The notes beneath the pieces are model-generated. The model was not told the origin of the DNA. It searched no databases and saw only the letters and a list, made by a program, of their open reading frames with translations. Positions 1 through 13,016 of a stretch of 20,192 nucleotides of DNA are shown here, piece after piece; the first letter of the stretch is position 1, and each line of letters opens with the position of its first letter. Origin of the DNA: Candidatus Dormiibacterota bacterium (GTDB lineage: Bacteria > Chloroflexota > Dormibacteria > Aeolococcales > Aeolococcaceae). Where the stretch lies: contig CAVPXI010000001.1 in assembly GCA_963709585.1 (NCBI GenBank), forward strand, positions 1 through 20,192. The letters run 5' to 3'. A program made the position numbers and the translations under genes.

Positions 1-748
1 CCACCGAGAGCCCGATCAGGGTGAGGATCGGGATCATCGCGTTGCGCAGCACGTGCACGAACAGCACCCTCGAGTTCGAAGCGCCCTTCGCCCGCGCGGT
101 CCGCGTGTAGTCCTGCACCATGTTCTCCAGCGTCGACGACCGCATGTAGCGGCTGAATGACGCGATGGTCACCAGGGACAGCGTCGCGACCGGCAGGACG
201 AGCGAGCTCAACTGGTTGAGGTCATCGGTGACGTAGGCGCCCTGGGGTCCCTCTGCCGGAAACCATTGGAGGATGAAACTGAACAGGACGATGAGAATGA
301 TGCCGAGCCAGAACACCGGCATCGAGTAGAGGACGAACGACGCACCGGTGAAGACGTAGTCGTCCACCTTGTTGCGCCGCACGGCCTGGTAGATCCCGAG
401 CGGAATCGCGATGACAATCGCAACGACGTACGCCGGGCCGAGCAACAGCAGCGTCTTGGGGAGATACTGGAGCAGGATCGACGCGACGGTCTGGTTGAGC
501 TTGTACGAAAACCCGAAGTTCCCATGCAACAGCTGCCAGAGGTAGGTGAGGTACTGCAGCGGTAGCGGCTGGTCGAGGCCGTTGTCGTGGTTGAACTGGG
601 CGATTTGAGCGGCGTTGGCTCAGCGGCCAAGGACGTTCCGGGCGACGCTGCCCCCTGGGATGAGGTGCAGCATGATGAAGACGATCAGCGTTACCCCGAT
701 CGTGATCAGGATCGCCTGCAGTACCCGCCGGATGATGTAGCCGAGCAT
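1..748 (-). CDS. oppB: Oligopeptide/dipeptide ABC transporter permease (OppB/DppB family); runs off the window edge; in-frame TGA at codon 43
   Basis: Manual translation from ATG 748 (RBS AGGTAGGAG): MLGYIIRRVLQAILITIGVTLIVFIMLHLIPGG...GLDQPLPLQYLTYLWQLLHGNFGFSY...SMPVFWLG...RYMRSSTLENMVQDYTRTARAKGAS...HVLRNAMIPILT (EAA-loop region). TGA at 622-620 interrupts an otherwise continuous frame. Absent from the ORF track. Confidence 0.9.
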
Positions 749-797
749 GTGCTCCTACCTCGCCCTGACGCCCATTGCATGAAAGAGTAGCGGAACG

Positions 798-834
798 GAC
801 GGGGGGACGCAGGCCGGAGCCGGCATCCCCCGTC
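798..834 (-). terminator. GC-rich stem-loop between the binding-protein and permease genes (partial terminator or mRNA stabiliser)
   Basis: Minus strand GACGGGGG-ATGC-CGGC-TCCG-GCC-T-GCGT-CCCCCCGTC folds into a long hairpin about 30 nt after the oppA stop; only a weak U-tract follows. Confidence 0.6.
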
Positions 835-866
835 GAGGCCGTAAAAGTTGGCTTAGAGGGCCTGGC

Positions 867-2705
867 TCAGGACCAGCGCCAGTTCTCCGGGTAGATCTGG
901 AGGAGCGGGTCCAGCGGCTGGGTGCCCTTCAGATTCTTGTTGATCATGTTCAACTGCGCGTAGTTGACCGGCATCCAGATGACCGGAAGCTGCTTCGCGA
1001 GGTAGTCCTCGTAGGTGTACATCGCCTGCACGTTGCTGCTTGTTTCAGTCGCGAGGATGTCGGCCTGGGCCTGCGGGTCGCAGTAGCCGCCGAAGTCCGA
1101 GCCCGCGTACTGCACGTTGGCGCCGGTTCCGGTGCACGACCAGAGCTCATCGCCGGTCGGCTCGTAGTCGGGCGCGTAGATCCAGCCACCGCCCCAGAAC
1201 TCCATGTCCCAGGTGTGGTCCGTCGGCGTCGCGTTGCCGATGACGGTGTTGAAGGGTGCGGTCTGAAGGTCGATCGCGATCCCGGCAAGACCGTAGTCCG
1301 TCTTGAACTGCGCCATCTCCTGGTCCAGAGACGATGACCCACTTTCGTACTGGAGCTTGAACTCGGCCTTGGCGCCCTTGGGGATGCCGGCACCGCACTG
1401 GCCGGTGCCGGTGCCCGCGCTGGTGCACACGCTCACCCCGCCGGCGTTGACGGTCCACCCGTTCGCCTGGAGCAGCGACACAGCCTTGGTCGGGCTGTAC
1501 GGGTACGGATTACTCCGCTCGAACGCGTCCACGAAGTTCGAGGACGGCTTGGTCGGCACCGGACCGTAGGTCGGGTAGCCGTAGCCGAAGAACGCCTTGC
1601 TGATGAAGGTGTTCTGGTCGACCAGGTCCTGCATCGCCTGCCGGAAGTACAGCTGGCTGAAGATCGGACCGCTGGTCGGGTTGGTGAAGTTCTCCGGGAA
1701 GTAGGTGATCTGCCAGCCCGCCCATGTCGAGAAGTTGTAGATGTTGGCAAGCGAGGCTTTCTGCAACAAGTCAGCGTCCGGGATGTAGCCCCAGTCGATC
1801 GTGGTGTTGGTGACCGACGTTGCTGACTTGAGCTGGTCGAACTCGGCGGTGTCCTTGGTGAACGGAACCTCCTTGAACAGCTTGAGGGTCGGCTTGACCG
1901 GTCCGCTGTAGCCGGGGTTGGGCACCATCGAGATGTTGCCTGCGGTGTCCATCGAGAGCAGCTTCCACGGACCCGAGACCACCTGCCAGAGCGGGTTGGT
2001 GTCATACGTCGCGATCGACTTCGACTGCGCGTCGAGGAACTTGTAAACCGCCTGCGCACCGGCCGGGGTCTGGTCGTAATTGCCGACCGCGCCGGTTGCC
2101 AACTCCTTGTCCCAGAGGTGCTGGGGGAGCGGGGTGATCTGGCTCAGCTCGTTGTAGGTGAAGAAGTACGAGCCGTACGCCTGGGTGAGGTTGAAGGTGA
2201 TCTGCAGCGGGTTGGTCGGGCTGATCGTCGTGCTGGTCACGTTGTCGGGATACTCGCCCGGCGAGAAGCCCGCCCAGTTGGTCTTGTTTGCGGTGACCAT
2301 GTTCTGCCAGAACTGAACGTCACGCGCGGTGATCTGGGTGCCGTCCGACCACTTCCAACCCTTGAGGGTGATGGTCACCGATTTCCCGTCCGAGGAGTAG
2401 ACGGGCGTATCAGCGAGGCTGAGGCTTGTGTTCAACTGGACCTGGCCGTTGGTGCCGAACCAGTAGAGCGGCCGGTACATCAGGAACTGGAACTGGCTGA
2501 GGTTGGCGACGCTGAAGTACGCCAGCGACGCGAGCGGGAAGATGTAGTTCGGTTGGGCACCCTGACCCTCAGCGAACGTCGCCTCGGTCTTGGTCACCGC
2601 GGGGCCTGTGGTGGCGGTGCTGGTGCTCCCGCACGCGGCGAGAACGATCGCCCCCAGACCGATGACGGCGGGCACCGACTTGGCCCGCCAACTCCGAAAG
2701 GTCAT
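867..2705 (-). CDS. oppA: Peptide ABC transporter substrate-binding lipoprotein (SBP family 5, OppA/DppA-like), 612 aa
   Basis: Start reassigned to ATG 2705 (RBS AAGGAGG). Lipobox LAAC at Cys25; family-5 motifs SDGKSVTITLKGWKWSDGTQITARDV, SGPWKL, FRQAM, LPVIWM; directly upstream of oppB. Confidence 0.93.
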   Translation of the reverse strand: MTFRSWRAKSVPAVIGLGAIVLAACGSTSTATTGPAVTKTEATFAEGQGAQPNYIFPLASLAYFSVANLSQFQFLMYRPLYWFGTNGQVQLNTSLSLADTPVYSSDGKSVTITLKGWKWSDGTQITARDVQFWQNMVTANKTNWAGFSPGEYPDNVTSTTISPTNPLQITFNLTQAYGSYFFTYNELSQITPLPQHLWDKELATGAVGNYDQTPAGAQAVYKFLDAQSKSIATYDTNPLWQVVSGPWKLLSMDTAGNISMVPNPGYSGPVKPTLKLFKEVPFTKDTAEFDQLKSATSVTNTTIDWGYIPDADLLQKASLANIYNFSTWAGWQITYFPENFTNPTSGPIFSQLYFRQAMQDLVDQNTFISKAFFGYGYPTYGPVPTKPSSNFVDAFERSNPYPYSPTKAVSLLQANGWTVNAGGVSVCTSAGTGTGQCGAGIPKGAKAEFKLQYESGSSSLDQEMAQFKTDYGLAGIAIDLQTAPFNTVIGNATPTDHTWDMEFWGGGWIYAPDYEPTGDELWSCTGTGANVQYAGSDFGGYCDPQAQADILATETSSNVQAMYTYEDYLAKQLPVIWMPVNYAQLNMINKNLKGTQPLDPLLQIYPENWRWS

Positions 2706-2718
2706 GTAACGCCTCCTT

Positions 2719-2750
2719 GTGACGGCGAATGTCCGTGACGGCGAATGTCC
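2719..2750. repeat. Perfect 16-bp tandem direct repeat (GTGACGGCGAATGTCC x2) in the oppA leader
   Basis: 2719-2734 and 2735-2750 are identical and abut the oppA RBS. Confidence 0.9.
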
Positions 2751-2856
2751 GCTGGCGTACCTTTGCCCCAGCACGCAGTTCGTAGCGTAGCGATTTGTCA
2801 CCCGCTCGATCAGCGTTCGGGCCGAAATTCACCCTGCTGGGTGAGATCGCCGGTCG

Positions 2857-3797
2857 CTAGGCGGCCCTCGCGTCCGGCCAGCGCCCCTCGATTCGCGCCA
2901 AGGCGAGGTCGTAGACGGGCGAGACGCGAAGCCGGCGCGGCATCGCCGGCGCGGTGAGGCGCATCGAACGGGTGAGCGACGAGAAGGAAGCGGCGTGGAC
3001 CGGGGTCCACAGGAGCCCGTAGCCGCGGCGCAACTCGGACGGCAGCAGCCCGGTCGATATGAAGGCGACCGTGTCCATGCTCGGGCGGAGCAGCGGCGAT
3101 CTGACCGGAGGGTGAAGGACCGTCTCCGCCACCTCCCGCGAGCCGGCGCCCGGAAGTGCCTCACCCCGGCGCACCTCCTGGTCGACGTACCTGCGAAGCG
3201 CCGAGGCATCCTGCCAGCACCGGCGCCGCGGCAGCCCCATCGCCGGCCCACCACGTCCCATTCGCGGACGAATGCGTCGCGCTCTGGGGTGCTGAGGCCG
3301 CCGATGAGCGCGTCGTGCGCGACCAGCATGGTGTCGACAAAGGATGCGTGGACCCAGCGCAGCAGCCTGGGGTCGCTCGCGGAATAGGGAGTCCCGGCCG
3401 GGACCCTCGAGGTCGCGTTCGCCCCGGGCAAGGTTCCCGAGACCGGCCGGTGCAGGGTGCTCACGCCGCCGGAGACTCGCTCCGCCTCCCGGGTCGTCCC
3501 GAAGCAGACGACCGTCACCCACCGGACGGTTCGTTCCAGGCGTCCGTAGGGATCGGACTTATACGTGCTGTGCTCGATCGCGCCCTGGGCGACCAGCGGG
3601 TTCGCCGCCTGGAGGAGCAGCGCCCGCCCGGCGGCGAGCAGGAGCCGCGGCTCGCGCATGACGACCCATGTCACCAAGTCGGGTCCGAACAGTCCGGGGT
3701 CGGGCGTCGGATCGCGTAGCGGCAGCGGTCGCGACGATGACGCGCCCGGGCGAGCGAGCAGCCGCTGCACCGCCGACGGGACGGGGATTCCGAGCAC
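2857..3797 (-). CDS. Oxygenase MpaB / DUF2236 (Lcp-like) family protein, frameshifted near 3242
   Basis: N-terminal part in ORF 2829..3797 (GLFGPDLVTW, RALLLQAANPLVAQGAIEHS, RLERT, LHRPVSG, YSASDPRLLRWVH) continues in ORF 2857..3522 (MGLP...LRRYVD...GLLPSELRRGYGLLW). One missing base at CGG-CG-ATG joins them. Confidence 0.82.
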
Positions 3798-3800
3798 GGC

Positions 3801-4304
3801 TCAGGGTTCCGCCGTCTCGCCGGTCGCGAGCACCCGGCGCAACGCAGCGGCCAGGTGGGGCCGCGGCTCGCCGCCGTCGGTGGCCATGCGCAGGCGGTAG
3901 GTTAGGACGTCGCCGTCGAGCTCGAAGTCGCGCTCCAGCCCGGTGACCGTCTTGGCGGTCGGCGTGCATTCCACGGTCGCCGCGCGCAGGGTCAGGCGGT
4001 TGCCCTCCCATCGCCCGGTCTCGATCTCGACGACGCCGATGGGATGAGTCATCGCGACCTCAACGGCGCCGTCCGGGAGTGCTCGCCAGTAGCCGGTTTC
4101 GGCGTGCAGCGGGCGACCGTCGTCGGCCGCGGTCGTTCGCTGCGCGTAGGCGACGAATGGCTTGCCGTTGTGCCCGAAGGTGACCAACTCGAGGTAGCGG
4201 AACGGCTCACCCGAAGCCCACTGCCCCTCGCCTTCACCACGCCACTCACCGAGCAGCTCGGCGAGGCGTCCCAGGTCCGGGTGCGTGGTCGGATCCGGAG
4301 GCAT
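3801..4304 (-). CDS. Nitrobindin / FABP-like heme-binding beta-barrel (DUF1794), 167 aa
   Basis: LLGEWRGEGEG, GKPFVAYAQRT, GRPLHAETGYWR, THPIGVVEI, and C-terminal PHLAAALRRV with the conserved His. Start set at ATG 4304 to avoid overlapping the divergent gene. Confidence 0.88.
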   Translation of the reverse strand: MPPDPTTHPDLGRLAELLGEWRGEGEGQWASGEPFRYLELVTFGHNGKPFVAYAQRTTAADDGRPLHAETGYWRALPDGAVEVAMTHPIGVVEIETGRWEGNRLTLRAATVECTPTAKTVTGLERDFELDGDVLTYRLRMATDGGEPRPHLAAALRRVLATGETAEP

Positions 4305-4365
4305 GCACCGAGTCTCGCACGGGCCGGAGGGGCTCCGGCGTCCGCTTTGGCTACCATCCTTCAAA

Positions 4366-5094
4366 GTGTCAGAGATCGACGGAATCGAACGCGTCCTGGT
4401 GGTCGTCGCCCATCCCGATGACTGCGACTTCGGCAACGCGGGAACCACCGCGAAGTGGACCGACGCGGGTGTGACCGTCTCCTACTGCATCGTGACCGAC
4501 GGCGACGCCGGCGGGTCCGACCGCAGCATCACGCGCGAGCAGATGGCCGGCATCCGGCGCATCGAGCAGACCGCCGCGGCCGCCGAAGTCGGCGTGACCG
4601 ACCTCACGTTCCTCGGATACGCGGACGGACGGCTCACGCCGAGCATCGAGCTGCGCCGCGACATCTCGCGGGTGATCCGGGTGAAACAGCCGCAGCGCGT
4701 GATCACGCAATCACCGGTGCGCAACTTCACGCGCATCTTCGCCAGCCACCCCGACCACCTTGCCGCCGGCGAGGCGGCGCTGTGCGCCGTGTATCCCGAC
4801 GCCCGCAACCCTTTTGCGCACCGGGAACTGCTCGAGGTCGAAGGGCTCGAACCCTATCTGGTTGCCGAGGTGTGGATCAGCGCCGTGATGAGCGCCGGCC
4901 AGGAGGTCCGGGTGGTCGATGTCACCGATACCGCGGATCGCAAGCTGGCCGCGCTGCGCTGCCACCGCAGCCAGTACAGCGACTGGGACGCGCTCGAGGA
5001 GCGGGTGCGCGGCTGGCTCGAGGCCACCGCGAAGATGAACGGACTCGAACCCGGGCGCCTCGCGGAGCAGTTCGTCGTCGTTCCAACCGCGTGA
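4366..5094 (+). CDS. PIG-L/LmbE family deacetylase
   Basis: VLVVVAHPDDCDFG, TDGDAGG, RRIEQTAAA, GYADG, HPDH and CHRSQ motifs. Probable GTG start at 4366. Confidence 0.92.
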   Translation: MSEIDGIERVLVVVAHPDDCDFGNAGTTAKWTDAGVTVSYCIVTDGDAGGSDRSITREQMAGIRRIEQTAAAAEVGVTDLTFLGYADGRLTPSIELRRDISRVIRVKQPQRVITQSPVRNFTRIFASHPDHLAAGEAALCAVYPDARNPFAHRELLEVEGLEPYLVAEVWISAVMSAGQEVRVVDVTDTADRKLAALRCHRSQYSDWDALEERVRGWLEATAKMNGLEPGRLAEQFVVVPTA

Positions 5095-6993
5095 CCCGGC
5101 ACGCTGGAGACACCTTCACCCCGTCGGCCGTCTGGCCGTCGCCGATCACCGCCCAGGGCGCCGCTGCGAGCCGGATTCGGCTCCTCGATGTGCAGCTCAG
5201 CGATGGCGATGCCTACTGGATCGACGGTCGTCCCGTCGAGCACGGCCGCTGCGTGATCGTGCGCAAGCACCACGGGGTCATTGCCGACCTCATCGACGCG
5301 CCGTACTCAGCGCGCACCTGGGTGCACGAGTACGGGGGCGCGGCCGTGGTTGCGCACGGCGGGAGCGTGTTCTTCTCCAACGCCGGCGACGGCCGGATCC
5401 ACACACTCGTCCAGGCGCCGCTCCTGAGCCGTTGACACCGGTTGACCCCGGACTGCGCTATGCGGACTTCGAGATCGATGATGCGCGAGACCGGCTCATC
5501 TGCATCGTCGAGGACCACCGTGGTGCAACCGTGATGAACGACGTCCGCGCGATCCCTCTCCGCGGCGGCGAGCCGGTCTCGCTCGTGTCCGGCAACGACT
5601 TCTACTCAACGCCCCGGGTGGGCCGGACGGCACCAGCATGCTGTGGCTCACCTGGAATCACCCCAACATGCCCTGGGATCAATGCGAGCTCTGGGTTGCC
5701 CGCGTCGACGAGTCCGGTATGCCCGGGATGCGGAGCTGGTTGCCGGTGGACCCGCCGAGTTCGATCTTTCAGCCATCCTGGTCTCCGGAATCTGTCGTGC
5801 ATTTCACGTCGGACCGGACGAGGTGGTGGAACCTCTATCGATACGACGGCGCGAAGGTCGATGCGCTCGCCCCGATGCAGGCGGAATGAGGGGCGGCGCA
5901 ATGGGTGTTCGGCTCTCCACGATGCGTCTGTCTCAACGGCCGCATCGACCTGTGGGCGTGCCGCGACGGCGCATGGGAGTTGTTCTCGCTCGACGCCTCG
6001 GGCAAGCCGGCGCGCCTGGACGTTCCGTTGACCGAGTTCGGCCTGCACGTCAGAGCGACGGGCGACGACGTGCTCTTTCTCGCCGGAGGTCCGGACCGGC
6101 CGTAGGGTGTGGTCCGTCAACCTCGCGACCGGCGCACACCGGTCCGTGCGGTCCGATAGCGATGTCGCGGCCATCGACGAATCGATCATCTCGCGTCCGC
6201 GGCACGTGACCTTCCCGGGATATGGGGGCGAGACTGCGCATGCCTGGTACTACGCGCCCCGCGACGACGCCGTCGAGCCGGAGCCCGGTCGCAGGCCGTC
6301 ATTGCTGCTGCGCGCGCATGGCGGCCCGACGTCGTCGACGAGCTTCGCCCTCGATCCCTCGGTGCGTCCTGGACGAGCCGCGGCTTCGCATACCTCGACG
6401 TGGATACGGCGGAGCACCGGCTACGGACGCACCTACCGGGATCGCCTCAACGAACAGTGGGGCGTGGTCGACGTCGGGATTGCCTGGCGGGCGCCCGATA
6501 TCTCGTCGACGTCGGTGACGCCGATCCCGATCGACTGTTCATCCACGGCGGGAGCGCGGGTGGGTACGTCGTGCTCTGCGCGATGACGTTCCACGATCTG
6601 TTCGGCGGGCTCGGCCTCTTCGGCATCGCCGACCTCGAGGCGCTGTCGCGCAGGCGGGCACAAGTCGAGTCGCACTACGACGCGCCGCTCTCCAAAGGCC
6701 GCGGGATGTACGACGCTCGCCGGTGCATTTCATCGATCGGTGCGTGGCGCTGTGTTGCTGCTCCAGGGTCTGGACGACCCGGTGGTCCGGCGAACCAGGC
6801 GGAGATGATGTTCGCGGCGCTGCGCGGCGCCGGCGTTCCCTGTGCGTACATCGGATACCCGGGTGAGCAGCACGGTTTCCGCGAGGCTGCAAACATCGCG
6901 CGGACGCTCGAGGCCCAGCTCTACTTCTTCGCCACGGTGACCGACATGACCCTCGCCGAGAGCATCGAGCCGGTCGAGATCCTCAACCTCTGA
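5091..6993 (+). CDS. S9 prolyl oligopeptidase / acylaminoacyl-peptidase family protein, broken by many frameshifts and two in-frame stops
   Basis: Motifs in correct order across frames: WPSPIT, GRPVEHGR, VHEYGG, RYADF, GNDFYSTPR, WNHPNMPWD, FQPSWSP, SDRTRWWNLY, QWVFG, HGGPT, STGYGRTYR, GGSAGGY (Ser), QGLDDPVV (Asp), EQHGF (His). GTG start overlaps the upstream TGA. Stops at 5887-5889 and 6103-6105. Confidence 0.88.
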
Positions 6994-8052
6994 GACGAGG
7001 CCGGAGCTGCCAGATCGACAGGGGAATCACCAGGATCAGCGTTCCCGCGATCAGCAACGCGGGGAAGAGCAGGTCGGACGCGTCGGGCGAACCGGGAGTT
7101 GCGCCGGTCGTTCCGAGGTCCGCGAGCGTGGATCCGAACGAGGTGAGCCGGATGACGTTGTCGGCTCCGACGCCGAGATCGTAGGTGACCCGCGCCCCGG
7201 GTGCGTTCAGCGTGAGATAGGTCATGTATCTGTTCGCCGGAACCCACGACATGTTCCGGTCGATGGAGAGGTCGTGGTGAAGGCTCGCGTTCATCGCTTC
7301 TGCGCCCGCGACGGTCAATCCCGCTGCACCGTCCAGCGTGGCGCCGTCGGTGAGCCTCGACGTCACCGCCACGCCGTTCGCGGTGGCAGCGGGCCGTCGG
7401 TGAGCAGGAACAGATCGGCATCACGGACTTCGTTGGTCGCGAGAACCAAGCGGGATCCACAGATGTGGCGTATGCACGGCGATCAGCAGGGGTACACCGT
7501 CGCCCGATTGCTGATGACGCTGCAACGCCAGGGACGTGTTGTATTTCGCGGCCATGAACACCGGGCTGGACGACGCGTAGCGGAGCAGGTGGGCCTTGAT
7601 CTCCGCCGAGACGAGGAACCCGTTGTGCGTGCACCAGTCGATGACCGCCTGGCCGCTCCCCTTGAGGACGGTGACGTCGAGCGCCTCGACCTGCACCTGC
7701 TCGATCACGATCGCCGGAGCCCCGTGCGCCGGTGCGGCGTCGACGGCAAGCTGGAGCGGCTCGGGTGGGCGAACTCACGCTCCAGCCGCTGCAGGGTCCA
7801 CGCGCCGGCCTCGGTGATCGATGTCGGAACCGCGGGGAGGGGCACGATCCAGCCCACATCGGTCACAGCGCCGGTGAAGGCGAAGCTGGTGACGTAGTGC
7901 TCGGCGCCCGCAGACCAGGCGACGAATGTCGTCGCCTTGGCAAGCCGAACGTCGCCGTCGGGCGCGACCAGGCCGCCGCGTGCGAACGCCGGCCCCGCCT
8001 GGAGAACCACAGCGGCGGCAACGCCCATGCCAGCGAACAGGAACTTGCGCAT
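6983..8052 (-). CDS. DUF2330-like exported protein with C-terminal membrane anchor, frameshifted (at least 3 lesions)
   Basis: Signal peptide MRKFLFAGMGVAAAVVLQAGPAFA, GWIVPLPAVP, LDVTVL...IDWCTHNGF, FMAAKY, LWIPL, ADLFLLT and a C-terminal hydrophobic helix, spread over ORFs 7705..8052, 7421..7708 and 6983..7372. RBS GGAGG at 8065-8061. Confidence 0.65.
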
Positions 8053-8092
8053 CTCGGGGTCCTCCAGGCGGGTTCACATCGTGCGGAGACGG

Positions 8093-8119
8093 AGACGCGA
8101 AGACCCGTCGCCGGGTTCC
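8093..8119 (-). promoter_or_regulatory. Putative ECF sigma-factor promoter for the DUF2330-like gene
   Basis: Minus strand GGAACC (8119-8114)-N16-CGTCT (8097-8093), matching the general ECF AAC/CGT consensus, about 40 nt upstream of the ATG. Confidence 0.55.
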
Positions 8120-8139
8120 CACGGGGTTGCGAGAGGGGC

Positions 8140-8168
8140 TTGCCAGAAACTTAGTTAGCCTATATAAT
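8140..8168 (+). promoter_or_regulatory. Sigma70-type promoter of the marR-MFS operon with an overlapping imperfect palindrome (candidate MarR operator)
   Basis: TTGCCA (8140-8145)-N17-TATAAT (8163-8168); inverted repeat TTAGTTAG-C-CTATATAA at 8151-8167; AT-rich island in GC-rich DNA. Confidence 0.8.
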
Positions 8169-8177
8169 CAATTTCAG

Positions 8178-8614
8178 ATGAACCCCGCCGCCAGCAAGCC
8201 CGTCGACGTCGCCAACCGGCTCCGTCCGGTGCTGCTCCACCTGAACCGCCATCTGCGCCGCGAGGTGCACACCTCTGGTGTCTCGCCCGGACAGCTCTCG
8301 CTCCTCGGTCTGATCGAAGGCACCCCCGGCATCGGGGTCGCGGAGCTGGCCGCTCGCGAAGGGACGTCGATGCCGTCGGTGTGCAGCCACATCGACCGTC
8401 TCGAGGCGTCCGGGCTCATCACCCGCCGGCAGGCGGAACGCGACCGGCGCCGTGTGGACCTCGAGGTCACCCCCGAAGGAAAGCGCGTGCTCAAGGCGAT
8501 CCGCTCCAAGCGGACCGCATGGTTATCCGCCCGGCTCGGCAAGCTCGCCGACACGGACCTCGCCGCCGTCGCCGGGGCGATCGCGCCGCTCGAGGCGCTG
8601 CTGGCGCAAGCGGA

Positions 8615-8618
<4 letters not shown>
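8178..8618 (+). CDS. MarR family transcriptional regulator
   Basis: ATG 8178; VSPGQLSLLGLI, ELAAREGTSMPSVCSHIDRLEASGLITR, DRRRVDLEVTPEG winged-helix motifs. Confidence 0.93.
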
Positions 8619-12901
<4,283 letters not shown>

Positions 12902-13016
12902 CAACAGACGTCCCGGGGATGTCCGGAGCCTCGCTCGATGATGGGCGGCTCCGCGTCGGGATGCAGCGCCGTCGCCACGGCGGCGCCCGCCCGACGTCCT
13001 CGAGAGGGGGGCGATC

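Noticed and set aside
2719-2750. CRISPR array or IS end
   Set aside because: Only two adjacent 16-bp copies with no spacer; no cas or transposase gene in the window.
620-6105. Stop-codon reassignment or selenocysteine, suggested by in-frame TGA (620, 5887) and TAG (6103)
   Set aside because: TGA and TAG terminate most intact genes in the window, and two of the three stops sit in an indel-riddled gene. None is at a recognisable catalytic Cys position.
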